From: Octopus sinensis
Taxonomy: Eukaryota
DNA length: 64,000 nucleotides
NCBI RefSeq assembly: GCF_006345805.1
Contig: NC_043009.1
Span: 14,818,001-14,882,000, forward strand
Direction of reading: 5' to 3'
Positions 1 through 11,920 of this stretch are shown here, one piece after another (within the stretch, counting starts at the first letter, position 1; every line of letters begins with the position of its first letter). The notes below the pieces were generated by a model. That model did not search any database and was not told the DNA's origin. It saw nothing but the letters and a program-made list of their open reading frames with translations. Position numbers and translations under genes: made by a program.

Positions 1-2794
1 CAATATCAATTTCCATATCTCTGAGTAAATCCTTCGCTTGAAACCGTAGCAGACTTGACATTAAAGTGGCGTTTCAATATATAACACTTTAGAAAACAGA
101 TATGTGAGGAATATTTGTGAAATATTTGGGACGATATATTTCTAGATTCATGCAAATATTACCTTATTCTTTGCTATATTTAGTAAAATTACAAAAGGTT
201 GCGAAGAAGGATTATCGAAAATCCATGTATCCCATGTGATAGCATACATTGTTTTTATATTAACATTTATATAATTCATAACACCAAATCAGTTTAAATG
301 AACCACGTATCTTAAATATGGTTTCGTATTTCAGCTGCGGCAAAATGATTAAATTCCGTATTTTCTTCATAGGTAACTTGCCCAATTTCAGACAGAGCGG
401 CAGCAGGAAACACCTATTTGATTAATCTTTTGAAACTTCCCTGATACAGCATAGCATTCCCATATATATATTTCAGTTGTGAGTGTTAAGTTTCAAGAGG
501 CTTTTGCAAAGCTATGAATTCATAGTTCATACAGGAATAGCCATGGACAAAATCACCGTTTCATGTCTTGAGACTGATTCTTATATAATTTAAAATGTAT
601 TGCATAATTGAATATATTATATAATCTTTAAAGATTTTGAGGTATAATTAAATGAAAGAAATAATTGTAAGCAGAAGTAGACAAATAATATTGGACAGTC
701 TCCAGACAGGTCGTTTAAAATGAAGAACGCCTTCGGATGCTCTTTACATAGGTATAAATATTTATAGGTCTTGGGTATATTTCAGACAAATTTGATTTGA
801 CCATCATTATGAAAGTAGATTCATATCATATTCAGTTCAACCGATAGATACAGAAATTGGCAGTCATAAAAATATTGAATAAAATTTCTACTTTCTTTAT
901 ATTTGTTTTGTTTAACCTCTTTTCAAATTATTTAATCACATTTAGTTAAGTTCTTCTTTGAGCTGAGTCCTTTCCTTCATTTAAAGAGTTTATAAAAGGT
1001 ATTATGGATAGAACAATGTAATCAATAAACTAAGATGCAAAATATTCTGCTTGTATAGAAATCATGAAGTAAACGACCTTAAGGTTTATAGGTTTCTGTA
1101 CTTTATTTTCAGATATGACATTGCGATAAGAAACTTCCCACCAGGAAATAAAATACTAGAACCTTTTAGAAAGGCATTTTCAAATGGAAAAGGAAGTAAA
1201 ATCCCAAAATCACACAATAGCATCAATAGTAAAGAGAAATTGAGAAATAGCACATCGGAAAACGTTTTTTGTGAATAGCTAATAAAATAAGGCATATTTC
1301 TGCAATGAAATATAATGCTTACAAGGATTTGTTAAATAAATGCATTACCAAGGCGATATATAATATTGCTCAAATTATTTCAATGAAAAGCAAAAATCTT
1401 CAATAATAACACTTTGTGGGTAATAATACTTGATTGGATAGAAAAGATCTTATGGTACTAAACAACCTCACTCTGTCATATATTGCTTCTGTGAAATCAA
1501 AACTTTGTGGAATTAACAAAGAAATTAGAATATAAACGCTACAAGCAAACTGGCTCTGTTGAAAGCATACATAGAAGCATAGAGTAGTCCTAACATAATA
1601 CACCTTCCCTATGTATGACCTTTTCCAAACACCTATATACCACAAATGGCTACCTCCCCCAGCAATATTCTATTCACATATTGTATATTTATTTAACTAG
1701 ACAGATGTTCTTTAAAGAAGAAATATTTCTTCAGAACTGAAGGACTTACTTTCGACAAAATAATCCTAGTTACACACAGAAAACATATAAATGAGGCAAC
1801 TAAATAATGCAATTGGATAACACAATAATACTGTTGGATATAACCATAACACAATTAGATACAACAATAATACAATTAGATATTTACAAGCTGAAAGCTT
1901 GGTAGAATCGTAACTTCTCCAACACAGAACATTTTTAGAAGGACTAACACCACCACCGCACCCCAAGAAATTCTATTGACATTTTTCCAGAAAGTTCTAG
2001 ATAGTTTACCCCTTGATATTACTAATCAGTGCATCCCCTCGCCGAATTACAATGCAGATTCAGCCACCAAATCATATCCTATATTGCACACGATAAAAGA
2101 AACTCCACCATCCAAATACCTCTCACACGTAACATTCCAACCGAAACTGATAAGCCATGGTAAACATATATACACGATAGAGCGAACAGCTCGTCAAAGA
2201 ATTACCAAACACGCTGGTTATTAAAACCAGGCCACTACTCAGTTCACTAACGCTATGAATTGTAATAGAACACCACTGCCAGTAATAGTATTTACCCAGA
2301 TTATCGCTCGTACTCAGTATACTTTGCTCGTAATAATATAGTACATCATAAGGTTAACCTCGTAGCGAATTGGATTCTAGTTTTGCTTTCGTGAGTAAAG
2401 TGAAAGAATTCACTGCGAGATTCATTATGGGTAGTTAACATAAAAGTGTCTGAATTTAAGAAAATTGTTTTAAGTACTTAGGATTTTGGAGCTCGACTGA
2501 ATTAGAGAACATAGTGAAACGTAGAGGCTATTGAATGGCGATTGCACTGTATAGTGATGACCGAGGTCACCTTTTATTATGCTATGATCGGATAATCGAA
2601 TTAGTATGTAGACGTCTGATGAAGGCTTGTTTTTTTTTTCTACTTCATAGCATAGATAGATTTAAACTCTGTTCGTTAGCGACAGAGGTAGCGGCGAGCA
2701 ATTAGCACATATAACAGAGTGATATTTTCATGTAATGTCAGACAGCTTTTTCACGCTGCATTTAAAATTCAGGCCATAGCCCACGGCCCATACA

Positions 2795-3205
2795 TACAAG
2801 GATGGGCTGAAAAGTTCATAGGCTGACTATGATGGAATGGTCCATACAATAATTTCAATTTCAACTCATCTTATTAAAAACTGCATTTTCTTTCCAGGTA
2901 AACTGACAACTGACTATCCAAAGAAGTAACTACCAGGTTGAGTTACGTTTTGACCCATGAACGATGTGTAGCGGATATTTGCAGAGTTTTGGATTTTTTA
3001 AAACCATTGTTTGATAATACAGACATAGACTTGCCCAAATGCCCCAATAAATTAACATTGATGTTTTTTCACCATTGTACAATCATCAGAGAAAGAAGTG
3101 TCAAAGCGCGATATCCAAAAAAATCCAATCGAAAACTATCGCATTTGGTCAACTTCTACGAAAGTATATTGGTCAGCTTATGACCAATATAGCGTTTCTA
3201 TAAAT
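2795..3205. mobile_element. Mariner-derived non-autonomous element (MITE-like), decayed
   Basis: The left end TACAAGGATGGGCTGAAAAGTTCATAGGCTGACTAT resembles a mariner TIR. A degenerate inverted copy (TTGGTCAGCTTATGACC...) lies near 3170-3200. There is no intact transposase. Confidence 0.45.
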
Positions 3206-3608
3206 TACTATCTCGCTGATAGCTTGAAATATTTGCTGTGAACATGCCATCAGAACACAGAACGTCTTTTGTTACTGAATGAGGAAGACAAGCCAAGCCT
3301 ACGTATTACAACATGGTCCTCTATTAGAATGCTTTCAATTGCGATTCACACAATATCACGATAATTTCAGAATTATTTCAGAATATCTTTCAACACACTC
3401 GCAAGTTTCTTCAAAGTTTTTACCTTCTCTTGCACTATACATCTACCATAAAATCTTCTGTACGCATTGTTTGATATTGCTGTATTGTACGGCACCAAAT
3501 GCTTTATTTTACTATGTAGTCTCCTCCGCATACAAACAATCAAATATTCTATTTTGTACGAAAAGTCATGCACAATTCTTCAGGTTGTGGTATATATATA
3601 TTCTACAT

Positions 3609-4000
3609 GCGATGAGCTGGCAGAATCGTTTGCACGCCGGGCGAAATATTTAGTAGCATTACGTCTGTGGTTACGTTCTGAGTTCAAATTCCGCCGAGGT
3701 CAAATTTGCCTTTCATCCTTTCGGGGTCGATTAAATAAGTACCAGTTACGCACTGAGGTCGCTATAATCGACTTAATCCGTTTGTCTGTCCTTGTTTGTC
3801 CTCTCTGTGTTTAGCCCCTTGTGGGTAGTAAAGAAATAGGTATTTCGTCTGCCGCTACATTCTGAGTTCAAATTCCGCCGAGGTCGACTTTGCCATTCAT
3901 CCTTTCGGGTTCGATCAAATAAGTACCAGTTTCGCACTGGAGTCGATATAATCGACTTAATCCGTTTGTTTGTCCTTGTGGGTTGTAAAGGAATAGGTAT
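3609..4000 (+). mobile_element. tRNA-derived SINE family B, head plus duplicated body (dimer)
   Basis: Head GCGATGAGCTGGCAGAATCGTT..GCACGCCGGGCGAAAT, B-box-like GAGTTCAAATTCC and body GCCTTTCATCCTTTCGGGGTCGAT..AAGTACCAG. The body occurs twice (about 3660-3843 and 3838-4000). The same family recurs at 25880, 29557, 53100, 54962 and 62666. Confidence 0.85.
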
Positions 4001-4534
4001 ATATTCTACATTTTTCTTAAACTTTCGGACTAAAGTTTGTACACACTGGGTCCATAAAATGCTATTGTTTTAATAGGTTTCATTATTTTGAACTCTGATC
4101 ATATTTGTACAGCTTCGAATTGATAGAGGATATAAAAACACTTGCTTGAGGACTTCCCATATGTTTGCAGGACCATCGGAAGCCGTTTAACTTCAAAAGT
4201 ATTTTGCATATAAGTGAACATCTCATATTTGCGGGTTCAAGAAATTTTAGTCCAAATGAATCAGTAATGAAGTGAGAACTGAGTGTAACTATCTGTGTAT
4301 GCATAAAAAGTTATTCAAATTTCGATTTTGACGTTTGTGAAGTTATTCTGCTTTAATCAGGTACGCTGATCATACATGTAAAGATATGAATATAGCAAAC
4401 TGCATTTGTTTTCGTTTGCATATTCAAATTTATGAGCACCCAAGCATTAATATATACGTTCATATCGTATGACAGCATAAGAGGTGATGCATTTTAGAAA
4501 CTAACATATGACGTGCACACAGTAAAATATACGC

Positions 4535-4572
<38 letters not shown>

Positions 4573-4576
<4 letters not shown>

Positions 4577-4920
4577 TATTGGTGAATTGAAGAAATGGAG
4601 CTGAACGCAGATTGAACAGAAATCGTTTTATTTCATTCTACACGTGTTTCGAAAGGCACAAATTACCAAAATCCGATTGAATAATGGGATCGCCATGGGC
4701 TCTTAGGAGCACAGTTCGATTTGTTTTTTGCTCCGCCTCTGTTCTGTTTTTGTTTTTCCAACGGATTTCCTTTTTTCTTCCTGAAGAGAAAGACACAATA
4801 TGGTCCCATTATTCAATCGGATTTTGGTAATTTGTGCCTTTCGAAACACGTGTAGAATGAAATAAAACGATTTCTGTTCAATCTGCGTTCAGCTCCATTT
4901 CTTCAATTCACCAATAATGT
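4573..4920. repeat. Perfect 117-bp inverted repeat (arms 4573-4689 and 4804-4920), PLE-terminus-like, next to (TA)n
   Basis: The arms are base-for-base reverse complements (ACATTATTGGTG...AATAATGGGA / TCCCATTATT...CCAATAATGT), separated by a 114-bp spacer. Confidence 0.95.
4771..4862 (+). ncRNA. Type I hammerhead ribozyme motif (canonical C3-G8 core)
   Basis: CTGAAGA (4781-4787); stem II GAAAGACACAA/TTGTGCCTTTC (10 of 11 pairs); GAAAC (4843-4847); palindromic stem III AC-ACGT-GT; cleavage triplet GUA (4852-4854); stem I TTTCTTC/GAA(T)GAAA. Confidence 0.75.
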
Positions 4921-5148
4921 TTTAATTTCAATTATCCGCACCAACGCACGGTTGCAACGCCAGATGGTTGTACCTCCAACCGTGCTGTTTACTGCTGTGA
5001 TTTTTGCTACTAAGGTATCGGTTAAACTTTTGATTAATCTACTACAAGATTATTCATCTTTCTATTTCACATAATATATATATATGTAATATATATATAT
5101 ATATATATCCACACATACACATATACATTCACACACATACATGTATAT

Positions 5149-5185
<37 letters not shown>

Positions 5186-5275
5186 TCCAGAGCAAGCACA
5201 TAAATGTAAAAGAAGATGCGAAAAATAGTTCCGAAATATGCTTTATTATTAAAGCTGCAAAAACATCACAGAAAA

Positions 5276-5313
5276 ACTGCCACGCAGTTTCACGTTCCTG
5301 TTCGTCGGACAGT
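5276..5313 (-). ncRNA. Degenerate minimal hammerhead motif (U4C core, GUG triplet) in a PLE-type terminus
   Basis: Minus strand reads ACTGT-CCGACGA-AC(AGGAAC)GT-GAAAC-TGC-GTG-GCAGT. Stem I pairs, but the triplet is not NUH. Same family as 42551 and 43124. Confidence 0.45.
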
Positions 5314-6454
5314 TGTGATCCAGTAGCAGATTTTGTGATGCTTATACTCACAGACACACGCACACGTGCGCGTGCGCGCAAACACACGCATATATATATG
5401 AGTGTGTGCCTGTGTGTATGTATGTATGCACGCATGTATGTATGTATTTATGTGTATGTATTTATGCATTTATTTGCATGTATGTATATGTATGTATATG
5501 TACGTATTTAAATATATGAGTATATACTGAGAGAGATATAACCACATTTATACATATATATATACGTGTGTGTGTGTGTGTGTGTGTGTGTGTATTTGCA
5601 TGTGTGCATTTGTATATACAATCTCAATGCATGGATAGTGAATAAGATCATCGAAGGTTCAGTAGAGATTACAAATTAATTATTAATTTTCAGCTGTTTA
5701 ATTTCCTAAGAAATCGTTTATTGAATGGAATCCGAAGCAACATAAGCTATCATGCGGAAGGAAGGAGCTGCTCATTATTATATATCGTTAATTCTAGGTG
5801 TATTTCTATCTAAACTAATATTCTGCACTTCACAAAGATTAAGTTTCGGCCTATTTATTGTAATTGAGGATGTAATGAAGCATGTCATTTCTTGAGACAA
5901 CAAGGTGGTAGGGAAGGAGGGATGACAACAATTTTACTTGCAGAAACTTATAGGAAAGGATAGAAACAGTACATTGACTCGAAGAAAAAAACTGGAATCT
6001 ACAAGAGACATTATGATACATATATAGAAATAATTTTACCTTTATTGCAATATTGAAAGGTTACAATTCAGATGATTATTACAGAAAACTCATCTTCATA
6101 AATGAAAAAAATCCCGGTGTTAAAAGATAGAAATAAATTGGAGAAGGTAAATCTCTTACTGAAGCCATTAAATTATTTCAGCTGCCTCTGCACTCATTTC
6201 AACACAACATTGTCAATAATATAGAGAGCATACTGTCTTTGTTCCTTGATACAATACTTATCTGCTGATTCAGCAGTCAGGAACGTTTCGATTGTAGAAC
6301 TTCGGACTAAATCTCACTTAAGTTGAGTATGTTTATAGTTATGAATATTGTCATACTTATTCGTCCTTCCTTTTGAACATTGGGGTCAATGTAATCGAAT
6401 TATTCCCTCATACAAAATTATTGACCTTGTGTCAAACCTTGAAACCTCATATTA

Positions 6455-7869
6455 CACTGGTTTACAAAAGCTTTTTTTTGCTCTGAGTCAAGGATGTGAA
6501 TAGGTGATTTTTACTAAATGTGATGCAGTGAATTCAATTGTCTGAACAGTTTTGGTCTATCAGCTCTAGTGTGTTGCTATCACATGCCACATTATAATTA
6601 TACTGCATATAAATTCAAAATATAATGTGTTTATTTCATCTGTTAAAAAGGCATATTACAGAAAGAATACAGCATAGATACAGAACATTGATGGAACTAA
6701 ATAAAATAACACACAAAACATAGTTCAGCAGAAAGTTAGAAGTGATATTGTTTGGATGATCTTGTGTACTTTGCCTCCCAGGATGTCCCGCAAGATCATC
6801 CAGCAAAAGTCCCTCATCATGCTGGAGTTCCACATGCCTTGGTACTTGCTCTCCATCTTAGTGCAATATTTCCTCATGCTCATCACTCACTGTTCCGAGC
6901 TTCGGAGAGAAGAAGTTGAGGTGGGAGTGGAGAAAGTGCATTTTGAGTGATATTCGGTATCCAATATCCTCATAAGACAGCAACTTCTCGATACACACTT
7001 GGTAATCCATTACCCATGGAACCCATGCTTCTCAAATTCCTTATCCTTCAGCACTTCTCGAATCTGAGGTCCGACGAAGATATTCTCTTTGGGATTAGCA
7101 GAGCTGAGAGCTGGCAACAAAGTGGTGGAAGGTAGCGTCATTCTTGCCCATGGCTTTCAAGAAAATTCTCCATTAAACCAACCTTGATATGAAGTGGAGG
7201 GAGAAGGCCTTTCTTCATGTCCGCCGGATGATTTTCTTGGACACTGTGTTCACCAGACATGAAAGTGCCCCTAGATCCCCAGTCCTTCTGCTTGTAGTAC
7301 TTCGACACAGCCCGACTGTCCCAGATACAGAGAAAGCAACAATAATTTGTGAAGCCTGCTTGCATACTCATAAGGAGCCCAGTGTCTTTGAGGTCTCCGC
7401 AGAGACTCCACTATTCAGGGTGATTATCTGAGTGGGGAACAGGTCTCATAACTGAGGGAAGGTCCGGATGTTTGATCTTTTTCCTAGAAGAAGCATTGAA
7501 ACCTTTATATTTGTTAGACAAAAATAACAATCATCTACGTCGCTTCGTGCTTCTCCCCAAACAGGAAAGTGGAAGGCTGCTTTCTTGCTGTTAAACCATG
7601 CAGGTAGTCCATTTTAGCAGGATTTTCAACAGATATATGGAGCCAAGGATTTCTACTGATCTCCAATTTTAAAGTCAAAAGAATGAAAGTGAGTAGTCCT
7701 CAGGAGGGAAGTAATTGTTCGTTCTGAACAATTGTAGTGAAATCCCCCCCCCACATAGCAGAAGGAAATTGCCTGGTTGAGGCATCCTCAACGTTTTGAA
7801 GTGCCTGAAGCCACTGTAGAGATATTTATGATATGTATTATAAAAATCTAGAAAACAAAATAAAAATTG

Positions 7870-7900
<31 letters not shown>

Positions 7901-8044
7901 GGTTACGTGAATTATCGCATAATCATAATATAGCAAAAGCTAGAGGTGATGAGTGAAAACTGCTTTTGTATCTGATATCAGCATCCCAAAATTAGGCTTG
8001 AACAACTGTTTTTATGTTTGCCTCAATTTCTCAGTAAACTAGTG
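6455..8044 (-). mobile_element. Chapaev3-like (CMC superfamily) DNA transposon, both ends present, internally deleted
   Basis: TIRs CACTGGTTTAC / GTAAACTAGTG, with a TTA direct repeat on both flanks that fits the 3-bp TWA TSD of Chapaev3. Transposase remnants lie inside. Confidence 0.8.
6770..7800 (-). pseudogene. Chapaev/Transib-related transposase, frameshifted
   Basis: Recognisable motifs CFLCIWDSRA, LLPPLHIKVGLMENF, SLKMHFLHSHLNFF..LGTVSDEH and ME.KYQGMWNSSMM.DFCW, plus an N-terminal Cys-rich remnant (SFCYVGG). Multiple stops and frameshifts. Confidence 0.8.
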
Positions 8045-9825
8045 TTATTATAGTCATTTTTATAGATCTCTAAGTTATCAGGATGAAATTGACATTTAGA
8101 GAACAGAGAATGCAAAATATGGTTTCAGATTAAACGACTTTCTCTGAGATACTGACTGTTTTTGATACATTTTTCGGGATACGTTTCATTTCTTGTTAAT
8201 GTTCTACTTTACGAACATATATTCATGGTTCAAATTTATGATCAAATGTATTCTGTCGTCTCCTTCAGACATTACAGTCCCTGCTACGCTTTTATAAAAA
8301 AAATATACTTACATACAGTGATTGCGGAACAATTCTTATCAATGTTCGGAAGAGCGAACAGCTCGGAGACTTCATCGTTCGGGCTTTGATTTCTTCGAAA
8401 TGTCCATTAGTGAGATAAAACAACTGAAGATATAGGTAAAAGATAACACACCTGGTAACATCAAAATTCACGATTTACTAACAGGCACAGATTGTGTCTA
8501 CATTGCTGGAAGTTAAAGGTTAAAGGTATTTAAAGTTACAACAATTTTGTTACAGTTTTGGATACAAGCGAATACATAAATATAATCACAGAGTTATAAA
8601 AATATGATATTACAACGTGAGAGCGCTAAGCAATGATGTGCGTGAATACAATCTTGTTACCAGTTCATAATATGCTTCAGGCATATTTAGACTCGTTAGA
8701 AAACCATTCACTCTATTTTGTCATGGAAAAAATTTATCGCTTTAGACAAACAAGTTTAAATACACCGTGCCAGATCATAAGGGGACCTAAGTAGAATGTA
8801 GCACGTGCATGTCGGAGTGTTTATCTCTTCTTCAACCACAGACACCGGAAAAGAGATGCTAACTGAAAACTAGAGACAGGTCTCTCTTGTTGGAATTCAT
8901 ATTTGCACACTGGGTACTGGATCTGCGTTTATTGTATTCATTTTCAACGATTTATATTTGCTCTCAGTTAAAATTTCGGACTTTATTTTCGTAGTCAGTA
9001 TAACATTCTACGAGTATATGATTTATAAATAATATTTTGAAAACTTAAATAGCCATTTAAGTTTCATAAAAATACTAATGCATAAACAATGCTGCAACCA
9101 CTAAAATTACAAGGCTCCATTGGGTATTTTATCCGATTAACATTTTTTAGAGCAAATAAAAAAGGAGATTTTTATAGAATATTAATTACTTAACCAATCG
9201 GTAGGACACACTAAAATTATTCCATCAACACTCGTCTTTGATTGAATATTATTTATTTGGCTGTCTTCAAACAATTAGAATTTCAAATCAATTTTACCAC
9301 TGTACATAATTGCTGTCGCTTCACTAAATTCCCACTTGAACAAAAATCAAACGAAAACAATATATCAACAAAAGCAAACAACCATAAAATTCTATTATAT
9401 ATTTGAAATGAGCAGAAAGAGGAAAGAAAAACAAAATAAAGCAAGGCCAAAAATGCATTGCGGTAGTAATGACAATGCTACGCAGAAAATGGGAGACCCA
9501 TAAACTTTCCAGACAATCACGATTATTTTTGAAGACTGATTATTTGTTGTTTTTATTTTTCAGAAGTTCGCTAACATATTAAAATGACTTCTATCAGATA
9601 ATAGATATATTTACCGAAATTGCTAATAGCCTGAGAAAATACTGAGAGCATGCTATTAATAAGATAAGCAGTCAAGTGATAAATAGCGAGAAGTCTTCCA
9701 AATATTTAATTTCGAAATTTCTTTTGAGGTATTTCGTGTAATTACTGATTACATATTACATACAGACACAAACATATATATATATATATATACATAAATA
9801 CATGCATATATATTATATATATATA

Positions 9826-9856
<31 letters not shown>

Positions 9857-9863
9857 AGTGTAT

Positions 9864-9895
<32 letters not shown>

Positions 9896-10064
9896 GACTA
9901 TATACGTATGTATATGTATGTATATATGTGTGTGTGTGTGTATACTCTTACATACCAATGTCTTGTTTGTTTTCCACATGCTGCACACGTCTAGTTATAG
10001 GGACTTAATACACTGCTAAAACATTAAACGTATAAAAATCTCCTTTTATTGGTTTCCGTTAAAA

Positions 10065-10440
10065 AAGATGTGGTTGTGTGTTACGAAGCTTGTTTCCCAA
10101 CGGAAGAGTACTGGGTTCAGACTTACTACGTAACACATTGTTCGAATCTTTTCGGCCATAATCCCGGGTTGACCAAAAGCCTGTGAGTGGATTTGCTAGA
10201 CGGAAACTGAAACAAACGCACCACACACACACATAAACATCCATGGGTGTGTTTTCTGCGTGTGTATTACATTACCGCTTGACAAAGGTTATTGGTTTCT
10301 TTACGTCCATGTAACCAAACGGTCTGATCAATGGGATAGATAGAATAAGTACCTGATATAAAAAAATTATAAGTACCTAAGTCGCTTCGTTCAACTAAAA
10401 AATTTAAGGTCGAGTTCTAGTAAGGCTGCTGTCAAATCTC
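10065..10440 (+). mobile_element. tRNA-derived SINE family A, diverged
   Basis: Diverged match to the copies at 32441, 44875 and 59768 (GTGAGTGGATTTG.TAGACGGAAACTGAAA; CCGCTTGACAA; GATAGAATAAGTAC). Confidence 0.65.
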
Positions 10441-11239
10441 TGAGAGAAGTAGAAGGTATCATTAGATATGAACAAAATTTCAATTGGCGTGGGCAAGGAA
10501 AAATGCTTTGCATGAGAAGCACTTAAATTTTTTCCCAACGGTGTAAAATGTAAAATATAAAATAATGAACGTCTTTTTGGTATTGACGAGGATTAAAAAA
10601 TGAAGGGATGACAAAGCAAATATGAACTAGATAAGGTTACCGACATCCTTAATCATAAAAGGATTAGATACAGATTCGTTCAAAATTTCTTGAGATGAAT
10701 CATTTCTGCTCTAACTCTTTCGATTTGATCTTGCATATTCAACTCAAAATTTATATAGATCGTACGTCACAGTTGCAGTTTTTGGAAAAGTTCTTTTGAA
10801 GCACTAGATAAAGTTAAATAAATTTCATAATATTAACAAATATAGAATAACAAAACCTGACTGATAAGTGGTGATATGTATATTAAAACGCTTTGTGCAA
10901 CAGACAACCACAAATGTATAAATTCTCAGTAATTAGTAAAGAACGAAATAATATTTTAATATTCGTCTGTTTATGCGTATAAACATGCAACTTACATCAT
11001 CGTGTATAAAATTATGTAATAAGAAACATATTGAGATATTTATTTAAACGTAGGCATAGTAAAGAAATATTAAATTTGCAAACTAAAGTATGACTAAATT
11101 TAGTGACAGTGAATTTGTAAATGGTGATAAATGACTGCACAACGCATAGTGTTTAGATTCGATTTTACTAAGGTTGAGCAAATTTCATGTTCTTTTTTTC
11201 TGGATATGATTAGTTTCCTTATTGTAACATTTATACTTT

Positions 11240-11920
11240 TATCGCCTTCAAATTATTCTCCAATTCGAGCAACGCACTATTCGAAGCAGTGCTGGAATTC
11301 TTGCAAAATGATGCCTTTGAACGCCTCCTCCGTGTTTGCCTCCACATCTTCGACATCAGCAAATTTCATAACAGCAGCTTTCATCACTAGTGATGAGCTT
11401 TGAAAAGAGGTCCGGATCAACTTCCAACTGTTCTTTCAGATTACGACACACATTCAGTCGTGACTACTTTTGATCTTCCATGAGCAAGCGAGGCACAAAT
11501 TTAGCTGTATCTCTTTCATTCGCAATTCCTCGCCAAGAAATCGTTAGCAAGAGCTCCGGAAACACACCAGTCATATTGACAATTTCGTCAATTGTTCGGT
11601 GACGCTCCTCGAAGATTATTTCATGTAAGTTGTATGAAGCAAGATAACTGTTTCGACTGCCGTTTTCCTGCAGAAAAAACAGAATTTCACGGAAGCATGC
11701 TGTTCCTTCTTTTCAGCCATCTCAAAAATCGACGAACAGGGGAAAACCATTGCAAACAAAGACAAACCATATAACCGAAAAACATCACGAAGAAACGTCA
11801 GTCGACACACTGATCCCTGAGGGTCGTATCACGTGACTTCTCGCAGTGAAACTTTTGACTACAACGGATACGGATTTGTCCCAAAGAGAACGTTTCCAGT
11901 AACTTTTAGGTACCCCCGTA
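11240..11920 (-). mobile_element. Mariner transposon fragment, internally deleted
   Basis: The 5' TIR reads TACGGGGGTACCTAAAAGTTA on the minus strand. The N-terminus MAEKKEQHASVKFCF is joined to a C-terminal remnant KFADVEDVE..TEEAFKGII.QEFQHCFE..FEGD. Confidence 0.8.

Noticed and set aside
1400-1645. Minus-strand ORF with faint GPCR-TM3 or Cys-loop-TM resemblance (FACSVYILISL)
   Set aside because: No DRY, Cys-loop or neighbouring helices in any frame; hydrophobic bias is expected from AT-rich DNA.
1810-1885. Four degenerate ~21-bp repeats (TTGGATAACACAATAATAC-like)
   Set aside because: An ordinary decayed minisatellite with no spacers; not CRISPR-like.
2179-2193. 15-mer AGAGCGAACAGCTCG identical to 8351-8365
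   Set aside because: A few 15-mer matches are expected by chance in 64 kb, and the flanks do not align.
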